DNA of 64,000 bases from an uncultured Bdellovibrio sp. (lineage in GTDB: Bacteria; Bdellovibrionota; Bdellovibrionia; Bdellovibrionales; Bdellovibrionaceae), in assembly GCA_963932905.1 (NCBI GenBank), contig CAWVRN010000017.1, positions 26,790-90,789 on the forward strand, in the 5' to 3' direction. The notes beneath the pieces were generated by a model, which was not told where the DNA came from, did not search any database, and was given only the letters and a program-made list of their open reading frames with translations. Below, piece by piece: positions 19,562-29,198 of this stretch (position 1 is the first letter of the stretch; each line of letters starts with the position of its first letter). A program made the position numbers and the translations under genes.

Positions 19562-20686
19562 TTAGAATAAATAGCGGCGGAATGAAACGCTGGAAATTAA
19601 CCCCAGACCCAACATCGTGGTCAACATACTCGACCCACCATACGACAACAAAGGCAAAGGAACCCCAACAATTGGCAATAGCCCGATAACCATTCCCACA
19701 TTCACAAACATATGCCAGAAGATGTAACTAAGGACACCGACGGCAATGAGGGCTCCGAACTTATCCCGTGCTTGATACGCGATCCTTAATACTAAGAAGA
19801 ACAAAATACAGAATAAACCAATCGTTGTGATACTGCCTACAAACCCGTGCTCTTCGCTTAATACTGAATAGATAAAGTCAGTGTGGCGTTCCGGTAAGAA
19901 TTCTAGCTGTGACTGCGTTCCTTTACGAAAACCTTTGCCAAAGAATTGTCCCGAACCTACGGCGTATCTAGATTGTAAGGCATTGTATCCTGTTTTTCGT
20001 GGATCGTTTTCTGGTGATAAAAATGTTAATACGCGATTCTTTTGGTAGTCATGTAGAATGTACTCCCATGCAATCGGTAAGGAAATTGAAATTAATACGA
20101 GTGCGCCTACGATGATATGCTTTTTTACTTTTGTGAACAAGATCATTGAGCCGCTGATCGCAATGATCATCATGGCGGTCCCTAGATCGGGTTGCTTCAT
20201 GATCAGCGCGAAAGGAATCAATACCAAGATTAAGGGTGCGAGTAGTTCTCTAAAACCCATCCCCTGTCCCAATGAGTTTCTTTGTGCAAGAACTTTAGCC
20301 AATAACATAATCAAGGCCAGCTTCATCGTTTCAGACGGTTGATAGCGAAAAAAACCAAAATCGATCCAGCGCTGGGCGCCTAGCGCAATCTTGCCGAAGA
20401 AATCCACATAGAGGATAGCAAGCAAATTAAAGAAATAAACGACATAACAAATTCTAGAAACGATTGCATAATCTAAAAGAGTAGATATGAAAAAGATACT
20501 CCAGCCGGAAACCAACCAGACGATCTGATTAATAAACAGTGATTCGACTTCTTTTGAATTCGGTCCGTGAGTGGCGCTGTATAGATTAATAAGGCCGATC
20601 ACGTTTAAAGCCAAGATAACTAGAATGATATTCCAATCTAAACGACGGACGAGCGTTTTTTCTTCTAATGAAATTGATAAATCCAT
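19562..20686 (-). CDS. rodA: Rod shape-determining protein RodA
   Basis: GAQRWI, QPSE, QPDLGT, LPERHTDFI, GVPLPLLSYGGSS; downstream of mrdA. Confidence 0.95.
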   Translation of the reverse strand: MDLSISLEEKTLVRRLDWNIILVILALNVIGLINLYSATHGPNSKEVESLFINQIVWLVSGWSIFFISTLLDYAIVSRICYVVYFFNLLAILYVDFFGKIALGAQRWIDFGFFRYQPSETMKLALIMLLAKVLAQRNSLGQGMGFRELLAPLILVLIPFALIMKQPDLGTAMMIIAISGSMILFTKVKKHIIVGALVLISISLPIAWEYILHDYQKNRVLTFLSPENDPRKTGYNALQSRYAVGSGQFFGKGFRKGTQSQLEFLPERHTDFIYSVLSEEHGFVGSITTIGLFCILFFLVLRIAYQARDKFGALIAVGVLSYIFWHMFVNVGMVIGLLPIVGVPLPLLSYGGSSMLTTMLGLGLISSVSFRRYLF

Positions 20687-20687
20687 C

Positions 20688-22682
20688 TTACTCTCCGTCC
20701 TGAAGCGGAACAGGCTCGGCAGTCGGCGCTGCTTTTGCTTTTTTAGTTTTCATTGCTTTGAGGCCTTCCTCAATAACTTCCGGATGATATTTTTGGAAAT
20801 AGGCTTGGATTACGTCGCGAACAATCGGCGCCGCACCCGTATTACCATGGCACGAATGTTCTGCTAGAACTCCGACCGTGATTTCTGGATTGATGGGCGG
20901 TGCAAACGCTACGAACCAGCCGTGATGGCGCATGTGAATTGGTTTCGACATACAATTCGAATAAATTTGGTCCGCCGAGAAATTCATAACCTGCGACGTT
21001 CCTGTTTTTCCCGCCATTTCGACGCCTGGTATTTTCCAGAACCGAGCTGTACCTCGATCGCCGTTCGCCACGCGCCTCATACCTTCACGAACGATGGAGA
21101 ATGTTTTTTCAGAAATTTTCACACCGTTAGGCTGCGTTTGCGAAACATCACGCAGTATTTGCGGGAAGTTTTCCTTTAATACTTTACCATCTTGATCCAA
21201 TATTTTTTGAATCACATAAGGCTTCACTACTTTGCCGTTTAAGCCGATCGTATTGTATGCCACTACCATTTGCATCAGAGTAGTATTGACGAAACCTTGA
21301 CCAATCGCTGTACTTAAGTTTTCACCTTCTTGCCATTCTTCACCACGATTTTGTTTTTTCCAAGCTGAGTTCGGCATAATGCCTGGGACTTCGCGGGCAA
21401 GTTCAATTCCTGTTTTCTGTCCGATACCTAGTAAGGAAATGTAGTCATACATTTTCTCGATACCGAGTTTGATACCCAGTTGATAGAAGAACACGTTTGA
21501 GCTGCGTTCAATCGCATCATAAACGTTGACGTAACCTTGACCACCCTTTTGATGGTCATGGTAGGGACGACGACCAAAGTAAAATACACCCGGAGCATAG
21601 ACCAATTGTGTATCTGTGATTTTCTTTTCTTCAAGAGCCGCCAACGCTACAAGAGGTTTGAACGTCGAACCCGGCGAATGATGATCTTGAATAACTTTAT
21701 TTCTAAGTGGTTTGAACGGGTCGTTGATTAACGTGCTCCATGTTTGCGAAGAAATTGCTGTCGCAAATTCGTTCGGGTCAAACGATGGTTCTGATAACCA
21801 CGCTAAAATTTGTCCATCTGATTTCATGGCAACAACAGCGCCGATACGTTTTAAATCTGTGAATGATTTATGTGCGGCTTCTTGGATATCGCGATCGATC
21901 GTCAACACCGCATTGTTACCATGAGAGGCTTCCTGATCCGTAATTTTGTCACCGATAATATTTGGATTACGCAAACTGGTTTCACGGCCATGGGCATCGA
22001 CTTGAATAAAGCTAACACCATCTTGCCCGCGAACTTCGCGTTCTAGATTTTCCTCTAAGCCACTTTTTCCAATGATATCACCTTGTTCGAATTTCAAAAC
22101 GCCTTTGTAAAGTTCATTTAGCAAAGGTAATTGTTTTTTGGAAATTTCGCTCACATAACCAAACAGCTGCGCGCCATTTTGTTTAAGTGGGTAGTGACGA
22201 ATAATCGTTTCGCGAATTTCTAATCCCGGTGTGTCCAGGTTAATGCGTTTTAAACGAAAAACTTCTTCACGAGTTAAATTTTCTTTCAAACGAATCGTAG
22301 CGAAGGGTCCATTTACACGACGACTGCGTTGTACACGAGTCACGATTTTGTCGGGCTCCATTCCTAAGATCGGCGCCAGGCGAACGGCCATCTCGTCAAG
22401 GTTAACAATGTACTGTGGAGTTAGAATTGCTTCAAAGCCAGGAAGATTTTGCACTAATGATTTGCCATGACGATCTAATAAAAGGCCGCGAGGTGCCGGA
22501 ATCTTAACTTGCTTGATCCTGTTCTTTTCCGAGAAATCGCGCAGTTCAGAACCAGAAATAATTTGTAGGTACCAAAGGCGCAGCGAGAACACGATAAATG
22601 TCGTGATAACAACGGCGTATATATATTTATATCGGCCCCAATACTCTTTCGATTCGTCGGGGTTACTTACGTAATCAGCCAT
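20688..22682 (-). CDS. mrdA: Penicillin-binding protein 2
   Basis: STFK (SxxK), SSN (SxN), KTG motifs; mreCD-mrdA-rodA context. Confidence 0.95.
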   Translation of the reverse strand: MADYVSNPDESKEYWGRYKYIYAVVITTFIVFSLRLWYLQIISGSELRDFSEKNRIKQVKIPAPRGLLLDRHGKSLVQNLPGFEAILTPQYIVNLDEMAVRLAPILGMEPDKIVTRVQRSRRVNGPFATIRLKENLTREEVFRLKRINLDTPGLEIRETIIRHYPLKQNGAQLFGYVSEISKKQLPLLNELYKGVLKFEQGDIIGKSGLEENLEREVRGQDGVSFIQVDAHGRETSLRNPNIIGDKITDQEASHGNNAVLTIDRDIQEAAHKSFTDLKRIGAVVAMKSDGQILAWLSEPSFDPNEFATAISSQTWSTLINDPFKPLRNKVIQDHHSPGSTFKPLVALAALEEKKITDTQLVYAPGVFYFGRRPYHDHQKGGQGYVNVYDAIERSSNVFFYQLGIKLGIEKMYDYISLLGIGQKTGIELAREVPGIMPNSAWKKQNRGEEWQEGENLSTAIGQGFVNTTLMQMVVAYNTIGLNGKVVKPYVIQKILDQDGKVLKENFPQILRDVSQTQPNGVKISEKTFSIVREGMRRVANGDRGTARFWKIPGVEMAGKTGTSQVMNFSADQIYSNCMSKPIHMRHHGWFVAFAPPINPEITVGVLAEHSCHGNTGAAPIVRDVIQAYFQKYHPEVIEEGLKAMKTKKAKAAPTAEPVPLQDGE

Positions 22683-23214
22683 TCAACTCTCCGTGAACTT
22701 CAGATGGCATTTCAGGCTTAAACAAAATATCTAAACGTTTAATGACCGGGTAGGTATAATAAGCAATTAATGTAGTCGATAAAATTTGGAACAATCGATC
22801 CCAGATTAAGAACGGTGAAAAGTGCGGTTCAAATAAATAAGAATTTACCAAGTACATCACGTTAAACAGAGTCATAGAAACACCGGTGATCAATGTGAAA
22901 TAAGCGGCTCCGGGCCAGTAAACGCGATTCTTAACAATATAAAGAAGAATGTAATTAAACAGGCATGTCAGCATTAGAATACCCAAAGCGGCGTAACTGA
23001 ATAGTGAATAGATAAAAATCGAAGAGTAGCAATATATCACTGATTTCCAATCCTCTTTATCCAATCCAAAATAAACAAACAGGATAAAACAAAGAAAAGG
23101 CGATGCTAGCGATCCAAAGACTTGATACCAAACTACGGTTTGAAAACTACATAGAATGTAGGTCAGGATAAAAAAGATCAGACCGTGAATGATCCGTAAT
23201 CGTGATAATTTCAA
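22675..23214 (-). CDS. mreD: Divergent MreD-like membrane protein
   Basis: Multi-TM 179-aa protein between mreC and mrdA; call is mainly positional. Confidence 0.7.
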   Translation of the reverse strand: MKLSRLRIIHGLIFFILTYILCSFQTVVWYQVFGSLASPFLCFILFVYFGLDKEDWKSVIYCYSSIFIYSLFSYAALGILMLTCLFNYILLYIVKNRVYWPGAAYFTLITGVSMTLFNVMYLVNSYLFEPHFSPFLIWDRLFQILSTTLIAYYTYPVIKRLDILFKPEMPSEVHGELNG

Positions 23215-24071
23215 TTCTTAACCTCTGTTGGAACTACGACTTCTGACATATCTTGGTTCTTCGCATTTAGAACCACAAAAACTTCTTCCACCTTGTCAGG
23301 ATCAACCAGCGGCTTTAAATCGACTTTTAATGAGACGCTGATTTGTTTTTTTTCTGCTGATTCAACGATGGCAATAGGAAACCCTTTCGGGAAAATATTA
23401 TCCAAACCACCAGTCACAACTAAATCACCGGGGCGAACATCTTCGGTGCGTTCTACGTATTTCAGAACCGCGCCAGTTTTGCCTTTGCCTTCGACGATAC
23501 CGTGCGCGCGACTTCGCTGAATAACGCCGTCGATTACGGCATAACGATCTGTCATAAGTAAAATGTGTGATGTTTTTTGAAGTGGTTTAAATACGTAACC
23601 TAAAGCGCCTTGTAAAGTCATGACAGCTTGGCCTTCTTTTAAGCCATCCACAGTGCCTTTATTGATCGTGATCGTGCTGTGATCAGGAATTAGATCGCGA
23701 GCGATAACTTGCGCTGCTAACAGATCCATTTTTGTAGATTCACGAAAGGTAAGAAGTTGTTTGAGTCGCGCATTTTCTTGATTGATTTCATCGAATTTTA
23801 GGAGGCGAGTCGCTAATTCTTGATTTTGATTTTTTAAACTTTCATTTTGTTTCTTTATTTGTATCAAGTTGAGATACTGACCAGTGGTGCTTTTTACGCC
23901 CGCACTGTAGTTGTAAAAAAAATCTTGAAAGTGTCCGGCTAACCATGAAAATGGTTGTTTAAACCATTCCGAATCGTTTTGTTTTTCTTCCATGTTAATG
24001 GTGATCAAAGGCATGACCAGAACGAAAACAAAGAAAATCAGTTTTTTTAGATTTATATTTAAAAAATTCAA
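23211..24071 (-). CDS. mreC: Rod shape-determining protein MreC
   Basis: ENARLKQLL, TINKGTVDG, TGGLDNIFPKG; probable TTG start at 24071 behind AGGAG SD. Confidence 0.92.
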   Translation of the reverse strand: MNFLNINLKKLIFFVFVLVMPLITINMEEKQNDSEWFKQPFSWLAGHFQDFFYNYSAGVKSTTGQYLNLIQIKKQNESLKNQNQELATRLLKFDEINQENARLKQLLTFRESTKMDLLAAQVIARDLIPDHSTITINKGTVDGLKEGQAVMTLQGALGYVFKPLQKTSHILLMTDRYAVIDGVIQRSRAHGIVEGKGKTGAVLKYVERTEDVRPGDLVVTGGLDNIFPKGFPIAIVESAEKKQISVSLKVDLKPLVDPDKVEEVFVVLNAKNQDMSEVVVPTEVKN

Positions 24072-24256
24072 AAATGGGCTCCTAAAAGTGCGTACAATAA
24101 GTCTAAATGAACACCGGAACCCGAGCAACACATAATAAGACGGTATTGGCACACCACTTCTTAAGAAAGTCCGCCGAAGTTTTGACTTGAAAACCACTTA
24201 AAAAAAAGGTGTTATTTAAGCTTCGATTTGAACTCGATCAACAAAGAGAGAAAACT

Positions 24257-25849
24257 ATGGATACAAGAAAAGGCCGCGAAAATCGTGATAAACAGAATAC
24301 TGAAGCTACGAACGATGTGATTCCGCAAGGTAGTTCGACCTTTGATCAGGTCAAAGGCTTGATACAGTCAAGAGACCGCACTAAGAAAATCATCGGGACA
24401 TTGTTATTTGGTCTGCCGATCATAGTCGTTTTCGTGTTTTTTGGTCTGCCTAGCGACCGTAACAATATGAGTGGTGCTTCGAATGCGGCTCGAGTGAACC
24501 GTACGTTCATTTCAATTGCTGATTTTGCTCAGGAAGAACAACGTATCCAGAAAATGCAAGAATACTATGCACAGATGTTTGGTCAGCCCATCACTTTCGA
24601 CCCAGAGCGACAAAGAGCGATGCGCCGCCAAGCGGTCGAGTCATTGGTGCAGTTAGAGCTACTATCGCAAGCGACCGAGAAGGAAAATATCTTAGTTTCT
24701 GATAAAGAAATCCTAAGCTTCATTCAGGACATGAACGAATTCAAAAAAGATGGTCAATTCCAACCTTCATATTATTTCCAATTGCTAGAAGCGAACCGGT
24801 TGTCGCCAACCAGCTTTGAAAGCAAAATCAAAAAACAAGTTCAAACACAACGCACTCGCCAGTTGTTTGAATCTGTTTCTCGTCCATCTCAGCTGGAAGT
24901 GGATAAGTTAAATGAACTCAGCCGCCAGCAATGGAACATTCAGTTCGTAAAACTGGATCGTGAAGAGCAAGGCAAGAAAGTGGCGGTGTCTGATGGGGAA
25001 ATCGCAGAACATTTAGCTAAGGATGAATTTAAAAAACGTGTGAACAGTTATTTTGAAGCAAACCGTTCAAAGTACGATGCTCCTGAAAAAGTATCTGCAC
25101 AAGTTATCGTGGCTAACTTTACGCCTGGAAATGCCGCGACGGAAAAGAAAGCCATGGATAAAATTATGGACGTTCAAGCTAAGGCCGCGACGGAAGACTT
25201 CGGAGCATTGGCTCAGAAGTATTCGGACGATGTGGGCACTAAAAACAAAAAAGGTGACCTAGGTTACTTTGCTCGTGGTGAAAAAGAAGTGGCTTTAGAG
25301 AACGCCGCATTCTCATTAGAGGTAGGTAAGGTTTCGGCTCCAGTTAAGGGTTTTTCGTCCTACCAACTTGTGAAATTGACAGATCGTAAGGCGGCGACAA
25401 AAGCTGAATTGGCATCAGTGGAAAGAAAAATCGCAGCGGAATTGTTAGGTAAAGATAAATTTGAATCTCTACAAGCTCAGTTAGCAGAAAGTTTAAAATC
25501 TGGCCAAGTAGAAGCGGTAAATGCGGCTTTGAAAAGTATGGGGCTAAATTGGGAAGAAACTGGTTTCTTCAGTTTGGATGCCGCGCAAATTCCTAAATTG
25601 ATGGAAAAAGAATTGAAAATGGCGGCATTAGAATTGACTCCGAAAAGTACGCTTTCAAAACAATTAGTGACAGTTAGAAACTTGCACTATGTTTTACATT
25701 TGAAAGATACAAAAACAGTCGAGCTAGATAAAAATAGAAATGAAGCGAAATCGATGACTCAACAGGCTTCGAATCAATTGCAAGACGACTGGATCCAGCA
25801 ATTCAGAAGTACAAGCAACGTTCAAATTAATCCAATGGTACTTGAGTAA
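24257..25849 (+). CDS. ppiD: PpiD-like membrane-anchored chaperone/parvulin PPIase with SurA N-terminal domain
   Basis: N-terminal TM, SurA-like helices, FGALAQKYSDD...KGDLGYF parvulin motif. Confidence 0.82.
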   Translation: MDTRKGRENRDKQNTEATNDVIPQGSSTFDQVKGLIQSRDRTKKIIGTLLFGLPIIVVFVFFGLPSDRNNMSGASNAARVNRTFISIADFAQEEQRIQKMQEYYAQMFGQPITFDPERQRAMRRQAVESLVQLELLSQATEKENILVSDKEILSFIQDMNEFKKDGQFQPSYYFQLLEANRLSPTSFESKIKKQVQTQRTRQLFESVSRPSQLEVDKLNELSRQQWNIQFVKLDREEQGKKVAVSDGEIAEHLAKDEFKKRVNSYFEANRSKYDAPEKVSAQVIVANFTPGNAATEKKAMDKIMDVQAKAATEDFGALAQKYSDDVGTKNKKGDLGYFARGEKEVALENAAFSLEVGKVSAPVKGFSSYQLVKLTDRKAATKAELASVERKIAAELLGKDKFESLQAQLAESLKSGQVEAVNAALKSMGLNWEETGFFSLDAAQIPKLMEKELKMAALELTPKSTLSKQLVTVRNLHYVLHLKDTKTVELDKNRNEAKSMTQQASNQLQDDWIQQFRSTSNVQINPMVLE

Positions 25850-25854
25850 TACTT

Positions 25855-26430
25855 ATGGCAAACACCCAGCCGACGTTTTTAAGACGGTTCGAGGTGTTTG
25901 CCCGTATTTCTAACGGCAAGTCCGCCGTCATTTTAGAACAAGTTCAAATTACTTTAGGTTTTGCCGGTCCCGTTGATAGGGAATCGGGGATGGTGCTGAA
26001 TCTGACGGATGTCGACGAGTGGATTCGGCAATTTAAAACCGCGACAAATAAGAAATCCTATGCCAGTCGCTGGGCCCTTTGCCGTTCAGTCGTCGCAAAA
26101 TTTAAATCGTTAATTGATCGTAAAGAATTCGTTGAAGTTCGTTTTAAATTCCATAACTTTGAAGTAATGTACAAGAACTCTGACGTGTTTATTAAATGGC
26201 ATCAGCACTCCGTAGTCAGCACTGACCAGATCAGATGGCTGTCTCCGGTGGCGTTGCAACTTCAATGTAAAACAAAAAAATGGCCGCCGGTAAGTCCTGC
26301 GGTCGAATCTAAAATCATAAAAAGTCTAAAAACTATTCGATTGGGTAAGCAGAAATGGTCTGTGTCAGGGACTGCATTCTGTAGCTTTGAATACGTTGAT
26401 CCAAACTTAGGTATCACGGTTTTTATTTAG
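25855..26430 (+). CDS. Degenerate QueD/PTPS-like T-fold protein
   Basis: GPVDRESGMVLNLTDVD resembles the PTPS G-x-V-D-x-x-(T/S)-G-M-V segment, but the metal-binding histidines are not seen. Confidence 0.5.
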   Translation: MANTQPTFLRRFEVFARISNGKSAVILEQVQITLGFAGPVDRESGMVLNLTDVDEWIRQFKTATNKKSYASRWALCRSVVAKFKSLIDRKEFVEVRFKFHNFEVMYKNSDVFIKWHQHSVVSTDQIRWLSPVALQLQCKTKKWPPVSPAVESKIIKSLKTIRLGKQKWSVSGTAFCSFEYVDPNLGITVFI

Positions 26431-26466
26431 TCTGAGCACCTAACAATGTGGGTATTTCGATATAAA

Positions 26467-26910
26467 TTATTTTAAAATAAATTTATTAGAGAACGCTTCA
26501 GGAAGTAAATCTTTGAAAAGCATCTTTTTGAATTCTTTGCGATTATTTCCAAAAAACACGACGGTTTTAGGCGAGCAGAATTCGGACATCACCTGACGGC
26601 ATAGTCCACATGGTGGCCATTGATCTTTTTCACTCGATACGACAACCACCGCTTGCAGAGGCAATGTCATGTTGTGTGAAATACCTTTCCAAATAGCCAC
26701 GCGTTCCGCGCAGACAGTGCCACCATACGATGAATTTTCAACATTACAGCCGGTATATTCAAAGCCTTTGGCGTCAAGGATTGTAGATCCAATGTGAAAA
26801 CCAGAATAAGGGGCATAGGCATTTTTTTGAACTGCGTATGCACTTTCGATCATTGATTTAAGAATCGGGTTTTTAACTTGCGAGTATTTAAATTTTTTAG
26901 CACTGATCAT
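26467..26910 (-). CDS. cdd: Cytidine deaminase (homotetrameric type)
   Basis: AYAPYS, GCNVEN, CAERVA, PPCGLCRQ. Confidence 0.93.
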   Translation of the reverse strand: MISAKKFKYSQVKNPILKSMIESAYAVQKNAYAPYSGFHIGSTILDAKGFEYTGCNVENSSYGGTVCAERVAIWKGISHNMTLPLQAVVVVSSEKDQWPPCGLCRQVMSEFCSPKTVVFFGNNRKEFKKMLFKDLLPEAFSNKFILK

Positions 26911-27509
26911 TTTATTCCATCCAAAAAAGGAATTGCAATATTCAGTGAATTGAAAACTTTGGCAAGGGATAAAAGCGGTAATCCTTGAATCGCGGTAAAA
27001 TCTTCGGTCTTTAACGAGTCCACCAATTGAATCCCATGTTTTTCGATTTTATACGAACCGGCGCAATCCAGAGGCTGGTCTAATTTCACATAGGCCGTGA
27101 TTTGTTCGAAGGATAGGGGTTTTAAGGTGATTTGAGTGATATTTAAAATGTCGATGCCTTTCAGGCCATCGAAAACTGTGCAGGCGGTCACAAGTTCGTG
27201 GGTTTTGCCCTGCATTCTTAGGAGTTGAGCGATAGCTTTTTCTTCGGTTCCTGGTTTGCCTAAAATATCACCTTCGAAAGCAACCAATTGATCTCCCGAA
27301 ATAGTGATGGTGTCGGGTTTTGCGATCGAGGCGCCTTTTTCATAACTTAGCTTTTGGGCAATGGCGTGAGGATGCTTTAGAGCCGCTACGATTTGATGTT
27401 TAACACTGTCTTCGTCAAACATTGGTTTAACGCCTTTAAAGGGAATCCCTAGGGTCGCCAGTTGCTGGTGACGGTACGGAGAAGTACTGGCTAAAACGAT
27501 TTTCTTCAT
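26907..27509 (-). CDS. maf: Maf family nucleoside triphosphate pyrophosphatase (YceF-like)
   Basis: IVLASTSPYR, GDQ, ILGKP, DCAGSYKIE, AIQGLPL; start taken at ATG 27509. Confidence 0.9.
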   Translation of the reverse strand: MKKIVLASTSPYRHQQLATLGIPFKGVKPMFDEDSVKHQIVAALKHPHAIAQKLSYEKGASIAKPDTITISGDQLVAFEGDILGKPGTEEKAIAQLLRMQGKTHELVTACTVFDGLKGIDILNITQITLKPLSFEQITAYVKLDQPLDCAGSYKIEKHGIQLVDSLKTEDFTAIQGLPLLSLAKVFNSLNIAIPFLDGIK

Positions 27510-27524
27510 GCTATAACCCATCAC

Positions 27525-28403
27525 ATGATCACGGTCGACGCAATTAAAAAATCCTCAGACACTGACCAGATTCCACTAAAATGGGTTGGTATGGAAAACG
27601 TCGTATTGCCCGTTTCTTGTGAATGGAATAATCAAAAAACCAATCTTATTTGTGATTTCGATATTTTTGTGAATCTGGTGAATCCGTCAAAAGGTATTCA
27701 CATGTCACGGTTGTACGAATTATTGATCCAGTACACGCAGACAGAAACGCTGGCGTTGTCGGGTGTTCGTCGACTGCTAACAGCCTTCATACAATCACAA
27801 AATGGGTTAAGTACTGAGGCAAAAATTTCGCTTTCATTGGTCATGCCAGTGACTGAGAAAACTTTAAAATCTGAAAAATTTTATTTTAAAACTGTACCGG
27901 TCTATTTTGATTTTATTTTGGCGAATGGATTTGTCAAAACAGAAGTGAAATTTAAATTGGACTATTCAAGCACCTGCCCTCAATCGGCAGCCCTGGCTCA
28001 TCAGTTGACGATTGGAGAGTTTGAAAAACAAAGTGGGGTAAAAACAGCCGCAGAGTTGACCCAATGGTATTCCCAACGTGGATTTATTGCGACTCCGCAT
28101 GCTCAGCGAAGCGAATTGAGTTTAACGGCTGTGGTGACAGAGGAATTTGACCTTTCGGAATTTGCCGCTTTGTTTCAAGGTGTCGAGCAATGTTTAGGGA
28201 CACCCACGCAAGGAATCGTGAAGCGGGAAGATGAGCAGGAATTTGCGCGTTTGAATGCAAGCAATTTGATGTTTTGCGAAGATGCGGCTCGCAAGTTGAC
28301 CGTATTTCTAAAGCGATCGTCAGATTTGGTTTCCGGTCAGGGCAAAGTCAGTCATTTTGAATCGCTACACTCCCATAACGCCGTCGCGTATTTTGATTTT
28401 TAG
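27525..28403 (+). CDS. folE2: GTP cyclohydrolase IB (Zn-independent)
   Basis: KGIHMSRL, YSSTCPQS, TPHAQRS, VKREDE, FCEDAAR, ESLHSHNA. Confidence 0.92.
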   Translation: MITVDAIKKSSDTDQIPLKWVGMENVVLPVSCEWNNQKTNLICDFDIFVNLVNPSKGIHMSRLYELLIQYTQTETLALSGVRRLLTAFIQSQNGLSTEAKISLSLVMPVTEKTLKSEKFYFKTVPVYFDFILANGFVKTEVKFKLDYSSTCPQSAALAHQLTIGEFEKQSGVKTAAELTQWYSQRGFIATPHAQRSELSLTAVVTEEFDLSEFAALFQGVEQCLGTPTQGIVKREDEQEFARLNASNLMFCEDAARKLTVFLKRSSDLVSGQGKVSHFESLHSHNAVAYFDF

Positions 28404-28445
28404 TTAGGGAAAACTGACTCATCGACTAATCAACAATAGGAAAAT

Positions 28446-28485
28446 TTGACAATCACTCTCGACTGCAACAATGTTGATTCAACAT
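28446..28485 (+). promoter_or_regulatory. Sigma70-like promoter with overlapping 7-1-7 palindromic operator
   Basis: TTGACA at 28446-28451; perfect ATGTTGA-T-TCAACAT at 28471-28485. Confidence 0.6.
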
Positions 28486-28517
28486 ATTGAACTATCCATT
28501 GACGAATCGGAGGTCAT

Positions 28518-29198
28518 TTGCAGCCAATCATTCTTGAAAATGTAAAAAAGAACTACCAGCTTGATAAAGTCACCGTCTCGGCGTTGAAGGGTGTAGATCT
28601 TAAAATTGATGCCGGTGAATTCACCGTTATCGCTGGTCCCAGCGGTTCCGGTAAAACGACAATTTTAAATTTAATTGGCTGTGTGGATACTGCGTCTGAA
28701 GGAAAAGTCGTTGTCGGTGGGCAGGAAACCGGCAAGCTCAGCGAAAAGCAATTGACGGATTTGAGACTGCACACCATCGGTTTTATTTTTCAATCCTTTA
28801 ATTTAATTCCTGTTTTGAACGTGGTGGATAATGTTGAATTTCCGTTGTTGTTGCAAAATAAGCTTTCCCCGAATGAACGTCGCAATCAAGTGATGCGATT
28901 TATCGAGCGTGTTGGCTTAAGCCAGTATGCGCATCATCGTCCTAGCGAATTATCAGGCGGTCAGCGGCAAAGGGTTGCGATCGCACGAGCTCTCGTAACG
29001 CGACCTCAAATTGTTTTGGCTGATGAACCTACCGCTAATTTGGATTCAGTGACTGGGCAAAATATTATCGATTTAATGAAAGAGATCAATACTTCGGAAA
29101 AAACGACATTCCTATTTTCTACGCACGATCATTCTATTATGAATCAAGCACGACGAATTATTCGTTTGCATGACGGCCGTATCCAGGAAAAAGCATGA
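28518..29198 (+). CDS. ABC transporter ATPase (LolD/MacB family)
   Basis: GPSGSGKT, GFIFQSFNL, LSGGQ, DEPTANLD; TTG start after GGAGG. Confidence 0.92.
   Translation: MQPIILENVKKNYQLDKVTVSALKGVDLKIDAGEFTVIAGPSGSGKTTILNLIGCVDTASEGKVVVGGQETGKLSEKQLTDLRLHTIGFIFQSFNLIPVLNVVDNVEFPLLLQNKLSPNERRNQVMRFIERVGLSQYAHHRPSELSGGQRQRVAIARALVTRPQIVLADEPTANLDSVTGQNIIDLMKEINTSEKTTFLFSTHDHSIMNQARRIIRLHDGRIQEKA

Noticed and set aside
19302..19565. 87-aa plus-strand ORF as a real gene
   Set aside because: Almost wholly the palindrome, no SD; treated as a property of the repeat
24146..24160. Sigma54-like TGGCAC upstream of ppiD
   Set aside because: The -12 element reads TTCT, lacking the required GC
24072..24256. 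N-terminal extensions of mreC and ppiD in the ORF track (likewise fur 34680, ahpD 49137)
   Set aside because: They run through promoter/operator DNA; better-placed starts lie downstream
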